Position numbers and translations under genes: made by a program. Of a stretch of DNA of 64,000 bases, positions 49,504 to 62,160 are shown piece after piece. The stretch is taken from the NCBI RefSeq assembly GCF_009914755.1, contig NC_060938.1; one strand, written 5' to 3'. The notes beneath the pieces are model-generated. The model saw only the letters and a program-made list of their open reading frames with translations, did no database searches and was not told where the DNA came from. The stretch comes from the human T2T-CHM13v2.0 reference genome, Homo sapiens. How positions within the stretch are numbered: the first letter of the stretch is position 1; each line of letters opens with the position of its first letter.

Positions 49504-50074
49504 CTGTAATGTTTCAAGGGTGTGCGTTCACTTTCCCATAAACTAACACCAAAGAGGAGAGGAAGTAGAGTGTCTCTGGGAGTAGCGGGGGCGGTTTCTT
49601 CTCTGCTGAAGGCTTCCAAGAAGGCCCTGGGGCTGGGCCCCCAGGACATGGCTCCTACTGGACCCCCACTCCTGAGGCTGAGATCATTGCACTGACAGGG
49701 CAGGTGTGATGGGGACACTTGAGATGCCCCTGCCCTCTCCCAGGTGGCCCTAGACCAGACAGGACGCTGCTCCCACCTGCTCTTGAGTCCATTCCATCCC
49801 CACTGCCATTGCCCAGCATCCCTTCTAGGTGCTCCCTGCAGCAGGGGCCCCAGGGCAGACTTCTGGAATGACACAACTAAGGGAGACCCTGGAGATCATT
49901 GGCTAAAAACACATAAATTCACACAAGCGCCAAAACACACAAGTGTATACAACTCAACATGCACACATATGAACACATAAATATGCATGCAACCCAAAAC
50001 ACAAGCATCTAAAACCCAAACTATAATCACACATTCCTAAGCACAACCAAATACCCCTCAAAACATACTCAGAT

Positions 50075-50107
<33 letters not shown>

Positions 50108-50153
50108 TTGACAGACACACCTCAAAACACACAAGCACCATTGCATAGACCCA

Positions 50154-50566
50154 CTGTATTGGCTTCCCAGGGCCCTGCAACAAATTACCACAAACTGTGT
50201 GGTTCTGAACAACAGAAAGTTATTCTCTTCCAGTCCTGGAGGCCAGAAGTCTGAAATCAAGGTGTCAGCAGGGCCGTGCTCCCTCTGCAGGACCTAGGGG
50301 AGCATCCTTACTTGCCTCTTCCTAGTTCCTGGGGGTTGTCAGCAGTTCTTGGCATTCCTTGACTTGCAGCTGTCTCATTCCAGTCTCTCCCTTTGTCTTC
50401 TCATGGCCTTCATCTAAGGACACCAGTCGTTGGATTCAGGGGCCACCCTCATCATGTATGACCTCATTTTAACAAATTACATCTGCAAAGACTCTATTTC
50501 CAAACAAGGTCACATTCCATGCTTCCACGTGGACATGCATTTTGGGAGGATACTGTTCAACCCAGT
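50154..50566. mobile_element. MLT1C/B LTR
   Basis: caaattaccacaaact...ggaggccagaagtctgaaatcaaggtgtcagcaggg...ttacatctgcaaagactctatttccaaacaaggtcacatt. Confidence 0.85.
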
Positions 50567-50611
50567 AGCGCTGCACATCCCAAACACATAGCTACAGAGG
50601 CAGACAGGCAG

Positions 50612-50654
<43 letters not shown>

Positions 50655-50877
50655 CACCCCTCTACCTGGCACATGGAACTGAGCTCCTGAGAGGAGAGAG
50701 AGTCCCTAAGTGTCAGAGCTATCCACTCCTCCTCTCTGGGTGTCCAGCACTGAGAAGCCCACATCCTTATTACAACACTTACCCAGTGATGCTGCTTTTC
50801 AGTTTGGTTTTGTTGTTTTGTTTTGTTCAAAACGGTTAGGTATGCATATAGTACAAAATTCAAAAAGCAATAAAGAC

Positions 50878-51181
50878 GCTGGGCGTGGTGGCTTATCCCT
50901 GTAATCCCAGCACTTTGGGAGGCCGAGGTGGGTGAATCACCTGAGGTCAGGAGTTAGAGACCAGCCCGGCCAACATAGTGAAACCCTGTCTCTACTAAAA
51001 ATACAAAAATTAGCCGGCCGGGCATGGTGGTGGGCGCCTGTAGTCCCAGCTAATCAGGAGGCTGAGGCAGGAGAATCACTTGAACCCGGGGGGTGGAGAT
51101 TGCAGTGAGCCAAGATCCTGCCACTTCACTCCAGCCTGGGCAAAAGAGCGAAACTCCATCTTGAAAAAAAAAAAAAAAAAA
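50878..51181 (+). mobile_element. AluS
   Basis: Full Alu; TSD caataaaga. Confidence 0.95.
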
Positions 51182-52479
51182 CAATAAAGAGAACAGAGTG
51201 AAAGGTAAGTCTTCCTCGCCACCTAGTTCCCTACCCAGAAGACAAGCACTGGCAACAGTTTCTTGTGCATCCTTCTAGAGGAAATGGAGACACACAGGAG
51301 GCAGCATTCTCCATGTGCCGTCTGCATCTTGCTTTTCCTGCCTGGCCATGCACCCATTGTTCTTTATTCTGGCTACTTTCACACCACTTGGATCTCCTCC
51401 ACCTGACTGTGTGCTTGCTGAGGACAGGCCATATGTAATGGATCCCTGCCTCTTCAGCACCTAGCTCGGGGCTGGCCCAGAGCAGGTGTTCAGTGCAGGG
51501 TGGCTCTATCTAGACAGTAATAAATTGTCAACAGCTGGTTGGATCTGAGTGTGACTGGCTGCAGAGCTTTGGTTGATCAGAGCCCACCCTGGCAGCAGCA
51601 GGAGGTGGGGTGTGATGGCCCCAGTAGGCTGCTCCTGCTGGTAGGCACCTCCCCATTGGCAGCCTCCAACCCGGCTCTAGCTGGAGCTGACTCTGGGGTC
51701 AGAGCCTCTGCTGCTATATCCCTATGGCTGCTTCACCTCCTTCTCCTCCTTCCTGCCCCCTCCAGACTCCTGCAGAGGAAGCAGTCAGGGGAGAGGCTGG
51801 AGGGAGAACCATGCTGGCTGCCTGCCGGCATCTTAGCCCAGGGGCCCTGCAAAACAGGAGCTGAGCTGAGCCATTGCCCAGCCTTGCTGGCTGAAGACTT
51901 AGTGGGGACTTGTTACCACGGAGACAAGAATTGCAGCAATAACTCAGGGTCAAACTGGATCCCTCAGCTTCACCCAGTTGTGGTGAATGTATTTGCTCCA
52001 CAACACTCAAATATGAGATGCGCCACATTTTTTTTTTAAATCAAAACAGAAACAGATGCCTCAGTCTGAGATTTTGCCATGATAGGCTTTGAGCAAAGCC
52101 CTAGGGGGAGACAGAGGTGGGCAAGGGCTGCTCAGCCCCCTGAGACTGGAAACCCAGGGAAATGCTCACCAGCAGCTCCCTTTGTCCCTCTGTGGAAGGA
52201 GGGCTTAAGTTAGATGATTTGTAAGATCTCCTCCAGCCAAAACACTCTCATCACGGGGGCCAAATGAGTCCTACCCCAACCCACTGCCAATCTTTCCTTT
52301 CTTCTGCAAATATTTGTAAAGCACTCAACCCTATCCAGCACAGCAGAGGAAATAATCAGCAAACACAGCCAAGGGCTCTGTTGTCAAGGAGCTTCCCTTT
52401 GCGGGGAGGTGTGGGGAGTCAGCCGTCTGCTACGTCATCCCGTAAACAACATCGAATGTACTAGGTACAACAAGGAAAA

Positions 52480-52720
52480 TTATACTTAACTTTATTGAGC
52501 CATTGCAATGTGCTAGGCACTGCTCTAATGTTTCATGTGAGTTGGCTCTATTAAACCTCACATCTACCCAATAAGTAGGTGCTATTAACATCTCCATTTT
52601 ACAGACAAGGAAACTGAGGCATAGGGAGGTTAAGAAGCTTGCCCAAAGACATGGGGCTAGTAAGTAGCAGAGGCAGAACTTGGGCCCAGAGAGTCTAGTA
52701 CTAGAAATCCACATTTGCTG
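52480..52720 (-). mobile_element. MIR
   Basis: Core ccattttacagacaaggaaactgaggc...gttaagaagcttgcccaa. Confidence 0.85.
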
Positions 52721-55700
52721 CATACATGATGCCTGCCTCCCAAGATGCTCAGAGGCACAGGACTTGGGGAGCTGGGCCTGGCCTGAGCTCTTCCCTAAGG
52801 AAGCAAAAATGGAGCTGAGATTAACCAGGGGGAGAATGAATCAAGTAATGGGAGAGAGAACCTTCCAGGTGGTGGGACTGGCATATGCAAAGGCCCTGTG
52901 GCAGGAGGGAAGGTGGCATGCTCCAGGAACTGAGGGAACAACCTAGGAGGCTGGAGATGGAAGTGAGGGGGAAGTTTGACATGATGAAGCCAGAACACTA
53001 GGCAGGGCCCCACACCCAGGCCTTGCTGGCCAAGTTAAGGAGAGCGAAGAAAGCCCTTCTAGCTGATTCCATCACAGCCTGGTCCAGGAGGCCTCCCCAG
53101 GCACTGCAGATTGGGTTCGGTTCATCTGTGAGCCCTTCTCACACTGCGTTATCACTGCCTTTCAGCCAAGGCCTTTCTCATTCACCTAGAATGAGCTTGA
53201 GGAGGGGAGGAACACATCTCATCCTCTTTAGCAACCCCTATCCAGTAGAGAACTCAGGAAAGAATAAGTGAGAACAGTAGGATGGAAGGGAGGGTGAGAT
53301 CAGCAAGACCAGGGGGTGTACCCAGAAGGCTCCCTGAAGAAAGCAGAGTTGAACTGGGCCTTGCCAATGGAGCATTCCCGTTGGGGGAGGATCAAGGTCC
53401 TCCACAGAGGGGAGGAATGGAGGGGGCAGAGACAACCAAGGCCTTTGATGGGCAAGGGGCCTTCCATCGGCTGGAGCTGAGATTCCTCGTGGGGAGCTGG
53501 GGGAGGTGAGACTGGAGGGGCTCCTGGGGCCAAGAGGGCCTCCCCTGGTCCCAGCCTCTGCCCAGGAGCAGGCCAGGAGCAGAGAGCTCAGATGTCAAAA
53601 GGAGCAGGGAGCTGTGCAGAAGCTCGGGCCTTGGCTTTAGATCTCCACCCCTGCTGTTCAGCTGCTAGCTGTATGACCCTGGGCAGGCTACACACCCACT
53701 CTGGGCCTCAGCATCCTCATTTGTAAATGGGGACAGTTGCCACCTCTTCTCTGGCAGGACTGTTGGGGGCCAGGTGAGATGACTTTGTAAACATACTTTG
53801 TCACCTGGAGGAGAGTGCACATAGGCCCTCCGTCAGGCTCAGAGGTAATCCAGAGGCCAGGCCCATTCAGGACCCCGCCCCCTACCTCCTGGAGGCTACC
53901 ATTTCTCTTTTGTTCTCTTCCCTATAGGAGTCTAGGTTTAGACCACCCCAAAAAATGACTAGAGGGGCCTCAGTAGCTACCATCTTCCACTGATCCATTG
54001 AGGGGGTGGGGAGGTGGGAGGGGCAGGGCAGGGGGCTGGGGAGGCTGCCCCTGCCTGCCCTAGTGAGAGCTGTGCCAGGGAGGCCTCCAAGTCCTCTTCC
54101 TGATCTCTGCCCCTGGGACTTGATGCTGTAGTCAGCACAGTACCACTGCTGTCAGGAGGAGCCACTGACCTGGGGTGGAGCAGGGAGGGAGGCTTGCCTC
54201 TGGCTTTCAGGCAGACGCCCAGGGACCTGGTGGCCACTTTGGCTTCGATGATGCACCACCTTGGCTTCTTGATCTGCCTGCCCATGGCCCAGCCAGGCCC
54301 TGACAGGGGAGAGAGAGGAGATGGCATTGGATTCAGGCTTTGATTCTTCTTTCTGAGTAGGCAGCCTGCACAGGAACCACTGGGCTGCATGTCACTGTGA
54401 GAGCTCAGTCCCTCCACCCTCTCCTCCCCATCAACAAGTCTGAGTGGGAGCTGATCAGAATGAGGGCATTTGAGGAAGGGAAGAGGGATTTGATGCAGGA
54501 GGAAAGCTTGATTACATGGATATCTGTCAATCTCAAGCCTTCCTTTTAATATATGATCTTTTTCTAATTAGAAGCAACAATACATGTTCATATTAAATAG
54601 TTTTTCAAACTCAGAAAAAAATGTTAAGGACTGTTAAAAGAATGTGATATAATTTTAGTTTTTTTCTTTTATTTTTTTTTAGAATCCAGATCATTTCATT
54701 TAACAGCATTGTATCCTGCTGTTTTTATTTCCTATTTTACCTTTTTAACACAGGCATGAAGTCACCTGTCCTCCTCCCCGTGTCTCCCTGAGTCACTGCC
54801 CAGCTCCCAGGGGCCTGGGTGACTGTGACAGCCCCACAGCTGCCTCTGCCTTCTGTCTCCAGCGCCCCCTGGGCACCATCATGGCTGCTCACTTACTCAG
54901 GGGCATAGGCAGAAAGCCATGGGTTGGGGTCCAGGGTCTGGAGGACAAGGAAAAGAAACTTCCTGGCAAGGAGAGGCATCTCTGTGGGGGTCCCAGAGGT
55001 GAGATGGATGGGGTGGGGAAGCCAACACACTCAGCTTCCAGCCTGAGTCCAAGTGGCCACCTTCTCCCCTGATGGCGTCCCAACTCCATCTGCCACCCAC
55101 AGAGGTGTTAAGAGGATAAGTTTCTTAACCTCTCTGGGCCTGAAATTCCTCATTCATAAGATGGGATAAAAATAGAAGCTGCCTGGTCCTTCTCTTTAGC
55201 TGAGAGTCCCTTAGATGTAGTACAGATGTGGGAGGCCATCCTCCTGTACCCCAGAAATACAGTCCTCCTGGAATTGGGCAAAGCTGCTCTGTTCCTTCAA
55301 AGGCTTGTGCCTTCGGAGGCTGCGTGATGTAGTGGAGGCAGACACTTAGATTCTAATCCTGCCTTTGTCTCTCTCCAGCTGTGTAACTTTAGGCCAGTTA
55401 CTTAACCTCTCTGAGCCTCAGTTTCTGTACGTGTAAGATGGGGATACTGACTCTTACTTCTTAGGCTGCTACCTCTCATGTTGCTTGTGAGGAATAAACG
55501 ATGTTCAGTGGGATAGCCATAAGAAGGCCTGGCCCATCACAAATGCCCATGTCCTTTCCTGCCCCTTTCTTCTCCTGAGGCCCCCTCAGGGGCTACACCC
55601 ATAGGAGCCTGGAGTGTGGTTCCAGTATTCTCTATCAGCCTTTCCTTTTTTCAGTGTACTTCTGTCTTGAGCCTAGCAGCTTCATTCCTGCTTGTTGGAA

Positions 55701-55884
55701 TCAGCGTTCTCTGCCTCGAGGGTGGCACATAGCAAAGTGATCAGGAGGGGGCTGTGGAACCAGCCCCCCAGCTCAGGCCCTAACTTCACGGTACTAACTC
55801 CCTGATCTGGGCAAGTCTTTTAACCTCTCTGGGCCTGAAATTCCTCATTCATAAGATGGGATAATAATAGAACCTGCCTGGTCT

Positions 55885-56465
55885 TTGTACAGGAAACAAA
55901 AAACACTCTAGGAATCTTAAGCAAAACCAGGACTGGGACATGATGCTGTAGTCAGCTTGATTCATACAGGGAATCGCAGGGTCTCGAAATCACTGGAAGA
56001 ATTAGAAGCTGGGTCTTCAGAACAGAGCAGAACTGTCCCTCCAGACAAATTACTCCTCACCCAGTCAGGAGGGCCATTACTGGAGCCACAGAGTTCACGT
56101 CCTTTCACCTGCTATCTAGGGATGAGAAAACTGCTGCAGCTTTTGCCACAATTGCCTCTCACACCACCCCCTCCCTGGGAGCCAGAGACTGGGCATTGAA
56201 CTTCCTGCAGAGAATCCCTTCCTGTCCTCGGCATGGCTTGTCAGCAGAACACGGCCTGAGCACCAGGGAGATCGCCTCCTCCTCCCTCTCCTCCCTTCAG
56301 CCTTGTAAATCTATCTCCAGCATGTCTAATTGAAGAGCTCTAATCTGTATCCAGAACCCCAGCTGCAAGGGAGTGTTGGAAATGTACCTTTTAACTTTCC
56401 AGCTTCTGCAATATAGGAAGGCACAGAGGTGGGAATGGATGCTGAGGGTATCAACCGTGTCCCAT
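55885..56465. mobile_element. LTR33-like ERVL LTR inserted in a MIR (~55730-56560)
   Basis: cagctgcaagggagtgttggaaatgta..ttttaactttccagc...ggaaggcac...gggaatggatgctgag; MIR resumes afterwards. Confidence 0.6.
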
Positions 56466-56654
56466 ATGCAACCTGATAGGTTTAACCCAGTCGACACCTG
56501 AAGAGACTTGGCACAGGGCCTGGCATATAGAACTCACTCAATAAGTGTTAGCTGTTATTCTTATTCTTGGGCTGGGGCAGCAGCGAGAATTGCCTGGCCC
56601 TGCCCACGAGCCCTGGCAGAGAGCAGCAGAAGCAGAAATGCCTTTGCCCAGCAT

Positions 56655-56675
56655 GGTGCTGTCCATGGTGCTGAG
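56655..56675 (-). promoter_or_regulatory. RE1/NRSE (REST binding site)
   Basis: Reverse complement CTCAGCACCATGGACAGCACC versus consensus TTCAGCACCACGGACAGCGCC (18/21, both core half-sites intact, canonical 2-nt spacer). Confidence 0.85.
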
Positions 56676-59600
56676 AGCCCAGCTGGACCCAGCCAGGGGC
56701 AGCGGGATCATTGCTCTGCTTGCATCGTGGGCCCAATGGAAGGTGGAACTGCAATCCTCTCACCCCATGCTGAGGCTTCAGGAGTGACTGCGGTGGAGGG
56801 ACGTTTGGGGACCTCTCGGGGAAGGCTGGCTTCGATCCTATGAAGAGGACAGCAAAAGCAACAACTTAGTTTGTGGCACAGTTTACAGAAAGAGTCTCCA
56901 TGCACTATGCCCTTTAACTAACACTCATAATCACCCTGGTATAGGCAGGACAGATATGATCTTTAAGAAAAAACTGAATAGCAAGAGGTTAACTAGCAGC
57001 TGATAAACAATAGAGCCAGATTCACACCCAGTCTCCTTACCTGCAGCTGTATGCTCCCTCCACTCCCTGCAGCGACTGCTGGAGGGAAACTTGGTAGCCA
57101 ATGTGCGCTATGTGGGGGCAAAAATTTGGGATTCATGTACTCTGTGCACTGTGCAAATGTGTACAAACCACCTACATTTTATTCTTTCCTACCCTTGAGT
57201 GTGTCTCTGGGTAAAGGGCCTTCTGTCTCTCATTGAGGCCTACTACGTGATGGTCTTTGGGAGAACCATGAAAAGTATAAGAGAAAGATATGGTCCCTAC
57301 TATCAAAGAGCCCATGGATTTGTTGGTAAGCTGGCTGCTCACGTGCATGGGAAAATGAGAGGATGGTCCCAGGCAGTGGTTGCAAGGCCAGCTGTGTAAA
57401 GAGGGTGGGAACAAGGTTCAGACAGGGCTGGTAATCTGAAAGAGGGTTCAGAGGAGTACAATATAAGCTGGACTCAGGGGCTTTAAATGCTGATGAGACC
57501 AAGGCTCACCCAAGTCCAGGAGGAAGTGGCTCAAGCTGTGTAGGGGTGGGGCAAGCAACTCTGAATAAGGGGGCTAGTGGGGCAGAACAGAGGGTACCAT
57601 GAGGAAGTAGCCAGGCCAGTGGCCTCTAGGGTAATGGGAGGAATACCAGAGCCTGGAACTTCCAGTGAAGAGGTGGTGTGGGCCTCTGTAGATCTTCAGC
57701 CAACTCTCCACAGATTCGGGACCAGCTGGGGGTGGGGGCAGAGATTGCATGGGAGGAGAATATAAGGACCAGCCTCACGAACTGCCACACTGTGACATGG
57801 TTTAAGAGGCACTGAGGTATCATCCTTTATCCCCAAATCTCTCCACCCTCTCTCCTTATTTAGGAGGAGTGACAAAACTTTTTGGATCATCAAGAACTCC
57901 TTCTCTAGGTGCAAATAACCCTGGAAATCTCAGTCTGGTGCTTTTATGTCTTGGCTGCACACAATAATTGGAGATTCTCATGCTTAATGTCTGGGGTGGA
58001 ACATGAGTATCTAGATGTACTAAACACTGTCTAGGTGATTCCAGTGACCCCCTCCCAGGCTAAGGAGTCACTGAAAGCACTGAGTGGGGAGCCAAAAACC
58101 CCCAGTTCTATCCCCAATCCACCACTTTCCCCAGCCTTAAGCAAATCTCCATGTCTGCTGGAGACTCAGTTTCTCCATATGTAAAGCTGAGCAAACCACT
58201 CTTTGTTGTGAAGAGTTGAGGAGTTTGAGGATGGTATGGGGCAGGGAAGGGCTTACTGATATTTAGGGAAAGATTTATGGCCAGCAGACATGTCAGTGGT
58301 GAAGGACGTGAACCAGAGCCCTTCATTCCAGTGACACACCCTTCCTCTCCCCACACTTCCTCCAATAGTAACCAGCCCCCTAGCCATGAGAGTAAACCTC
58401 ACTGAGAGGGGGTCCCTCCGTGAGAAGGGGCAAGGGGTGGTGGGGGCAGGGCAGGAGACCTGGAGAAGAAGGAAGAAGGGGAGGTGGGAGTGGATGCCCA
58501 TGACCAGGAATCCCAGCTTGTTTGTTTAAGTCCAGAACCATGGGAGATAATCTTACCTGTTGTTAACAAAAAGATGATTAATTATTGAAGCTACTGAGAA
58601 GGCTAAATGGCAAGGGGGCAGGGTGGGAGCTGTGGCTTTGTGCACTCTGGGGGTCATGGGGTTGGAGAGAAGGTGGGGGTGGCTCCCCAGCCATAGCACC
58701 TTTTCCTAGGGCATGGCTTGTGGCTATAGTGATTCTCTAATCCAAACCAAAACACATGTCCTATGGACCAGTTCCTGAGAACTCATGGGGATGGTGGAGC
58801 AGACTGGGCCCTGGGCTGTGCTGGGAAATGCAGGCGTAGTGGCTGCAGATCCAGCCTGGGTTCCTGGCTCAGCCCACTCTGCTCTCCGCTGCATCACCCT
58901 AAAGGCTAGGGAAGCTGCTGTCCCTGGACTAAAGTTTGAGCAAGGTCATCCCCTTCCTCTGCCCCCTGCTCAGCATGTCCAGAGCAGCAGAGGCTCAGGG
59001 GCCAGCAAAGCAGAGGGTTACAAATGGTCTGGCTTCAGGGCCAGCTCTGCCATTCACTAGCACCGTGACCTCGGGCCAGTTAACTTCTCTGGGCCATGAC
59101 CTTGAGCCAGTTGTTTAACCTCTCTAGGCCTTAATTTTCTCTTGCATTTAGGGATGGTTCTCATACCCTAGGGTACTTATGAGAATTAAATGAGCTAGTA
59201 CTTAAATAGAAAATATTTAGCTCATATTACTTGCTCTGTAAACGTTAGCTATTAATAAAATTTGTCCCTCCCTGGGCCCTCCTGGACCATCCTAACTCTG
59301 GGGTCATCCCTGAGATTTGGCTTTGGCCTTGAGATGTCTAACTCATCTGGAAGGGGAAGTGGGAAGCAAAGTGCTGGCCTTGTTAGTTAGGGCAGCAGTG
59401 GATAAAACCAGGCTAGGTCTGGAGGCCGGGGAGTGAGCAGTAGGATGGGGCAGACAGAAAGGCAAAGCTAGCTCTTTTTGAAGCCTTTGCCCAGTTGCCA
59501 AAGACAACTTTGCCCAAGCCTAGAACAGCTGAGCTGCCAGCTTTTGGCATAGGAACCCAGGATGGAGGAGAAATGGGACAGGAAGAGGGCCACACACTCT

Positions 59601-59944
59601 CCCATCAGATAAGATATGCAGCTAGGAGGGGCCCTGAAACCCTGACTCACCAACCAGAATTCACATCATCTCCCACTGCCCCTCCTTGGCCCACAAAGCA
59701 AGGCTGACATTTATTTTTTATGCACAGGAAGGACAGAAACAACCACCACCTACCAGCTGCAGTCTGTGGGATAGTGGATGGACCTTTCCATCCTCACATC
59801 TCTCCTCTTGCCTGCCCCAGAACAGAGAGGCTGGAAGGAGGAGTGTAGGGACTGTGCAGTCTGGGCCCCTCACCACAGCCTTACAAATAAGCTGAGGAGG
59901 AGGAGGATGGCAGCGCTGGCGAATTAAGCAGTCATATTTCTCAA

Positions 59945-60150
59945 GCACTGTGCAAATGGATTTATGTGAATTATCTTACTTCCCCTTTGCAATAACCCTG
60001 TGAGGCAATACTGTTATTATACCCATTTTCCAGATATGGGAACTGAGGCTGAGACAGATGAAGTCACTGCCCCTGGTCACACAGCTAGCAAAGGTGGGTC
60101 TGGGATTAAGTCCAGTCAGTGGCTTCAGAGAGCCTGATCCTTCCCATTGC
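59945..60150 (-). mobile_element. MIR
   Basis: cccattttccagatatgggaactgaggct...ggtcacacagctag. Confidence 0.85.
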
Positions 60151-60434
60151 CCCAGACAGCCTTTGTCCTATACTGTGAAAGTGATGTCTAAACAGATGAG
60201 TTCTTTGATGCCCCCGCTACGCCCTGCTGGGCTGGTGGCCCTGCTGTGTTTTCTGTTGACATCCTAGAGTTTCTAGCTTCATTCTTTCCAGTGCTGGTGC
60301 TTTAGTCTCCAGTAAGCCAAAATCTGGATTTTCTGCCTGTCTTCTTCACACCCAAGAGCTAGCTCTCCCTCCAGAAAGAAGTATGGTCCAGGGAGGGTGA
60401 AGGGATGCAGAGAAAAGGCTTGGTGCTGCTTTAG

Positions 60435-60448
60435 GTTTCCATGGCAAC
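60435..60448. promoter_or_regulatory. RFX X-box motif
   Basis: GTTTCCATGGCAAC, one mismatch from the palindrome GTTGCCATGGCAAC. Confidence 0.55.
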
Positions 60449-61225
60449 AGCCTCCCTCATTACTGCCTCTGCTTGCTGCCTGGGAAAGCTGAGGAGGGTG
60501 GTGAGGTGGGAGAGGGTGAGGATCTTGTCTCCTTTCTTTTCCTCCCTCACTGCCCTGCAGGTTGAGCAGCCAGGTTGAGCTGAAAGCCTGCACCTGACCA
60601 ACCTGCTGGATGGAATTCCCCACCTCCTGCCCAACTCCAAGCTTAGTGGCTGGGGCCTTGTAACTAGGGGTCCTCCCAGGCAGAAGGGCCACCTGGTCCA
60701 AGCCGCCCAACAGCAGTCCTCTCCCTAACCCCAAAGGCTGGGATGTGAACTCCCTAGAGAGGACCTCATGTTTGTACTTCCAGGGGAAATAGATACTCAA
60801 TGAATTCTTGTTGAATGAATGAATGAATGAACCAATAGTGGTCTATTCTACACTGTAGCCACTGCCATTCATTTTCATTTCCTCAAAACGTTATATTCAG
60901 CCTTCCCTCTAGGTCTTTGCCAACACGGGTGCCTCTGCCCACGCTTGCCCATTGCACAGGACTAACTCCTACACCCCTTTCACATCTCAGCTTGGAGGTC
61001 ACTTTGTCAAAATTCAAAACTTTTACACTTCAAAAGACACCATCAAGACAATTAAAAGAAAAGCAATAGGCCAGGGGGAAACTATTTGCAAAGCAGAGCT
61101 CTGATAAAGGACGTGCATTTGAGCATAAAGATGACCAAAGGGGCCCTGAAGGAGGGTGCTGCCAGCAAGGGAGTTCCTGGGTCTGTAAGTCTTGTGGTCT
61201 CTCCACCGTGTGTGTTCTTTTGCAG

Positions 61226-61288
61226 CAGCCCCGTAGCTGGGTGGAGCCTCCGGGCCTGACGTGGACCTTCACTGGAGAAGTGACTCAG
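61226..61288 (+). other. TMEM63C: TMEM63C exon 2 (non-coding 5' UTR, 63 nt)
   Basis: Acceptor tgtgttcttttgcag|cag and donor ctcag|gtggga; size and spacing match recalled TMEM63C structure. Confidence 0.75.
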
Positions 61289-61939
61289 GTGGGAAAAGTC
61301 TCCCCGGGCCTCTCCACCTGCAGGATCGCCTTCCTACACCTTCCCCCGCCCGCTTCCTTCGCGCGGGCTCCTCCCAATGACCACCAGCAGAACTGCAGCC
61401 TCCTGCCTTAGCTGAGCTGGAGCCCGAGGTAGCTCAGATGCCAGCTCCTTCCTCCAAGAGACCCTAGAAATGCCATTGGCTGCTACTCTGATGCTCTGGC
61501 AGAAGGCATGCCGTTGAAGTGTACTGTGTTCGATGTAAACTATTATGAGTTTGCATCTGGCTAAACGTGCTAGTGAGTGAGTTAATTAGCCACCTGGGGT
61601 AGAAACAAGAAAACTATGGGTGGCCTAGGCAGAGCTCGATGGAGCAGGAATTAGGGGAACTGAGAAAGACAGGCAAGAGACTCCCGGATCCTGCTAGATG
61701 CTAATCTAGAGGGTGGGAGTGGGAGGAGTTTTGTGCACCCCTTCTGTTTCCAGGACTACTCTCAGGCCCTCCATCGCAGGTTCTGGGAGTGAGCACAAGC
61801 AGCCCAGACTCCCAGGCCACCTCCTGTCCCCTGCTTCAATCCCTTTACCTTCATTCCTTCTCCATCCCCATCTCTCAGCCCTCCCCAACTCCTGAAACCT
61901 TTCCATGGTGCCCCCTGGATCTCCATTCTTCATTTTGCA

Positions 61940-62160
61940 AATATTTATGTGATGCTCCTTGTGTTCCAGGCATTGTTCTACAAGATGAACACATCCTAAC
62001 ACTCCTCTTAAGAGCCCTGTGAAGTGGGTACTAATGGCTGTTGCCATTTCCACTTTACAGAGGAATAAAGTGAGGCATGGGGACTGTAAGTGCCTTGCTC
62101 AAGGTCACCCGATGAGCGATGAGCGAGCGTTGGAGCTGAGATTCAGTGGCACGGAACCTG
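61940..62160 (-). mobile_element. MIR
   Basis: ccactttacagaggaataaagtgaggc...ttgctcaaggtcac. Confidence 0.75.
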
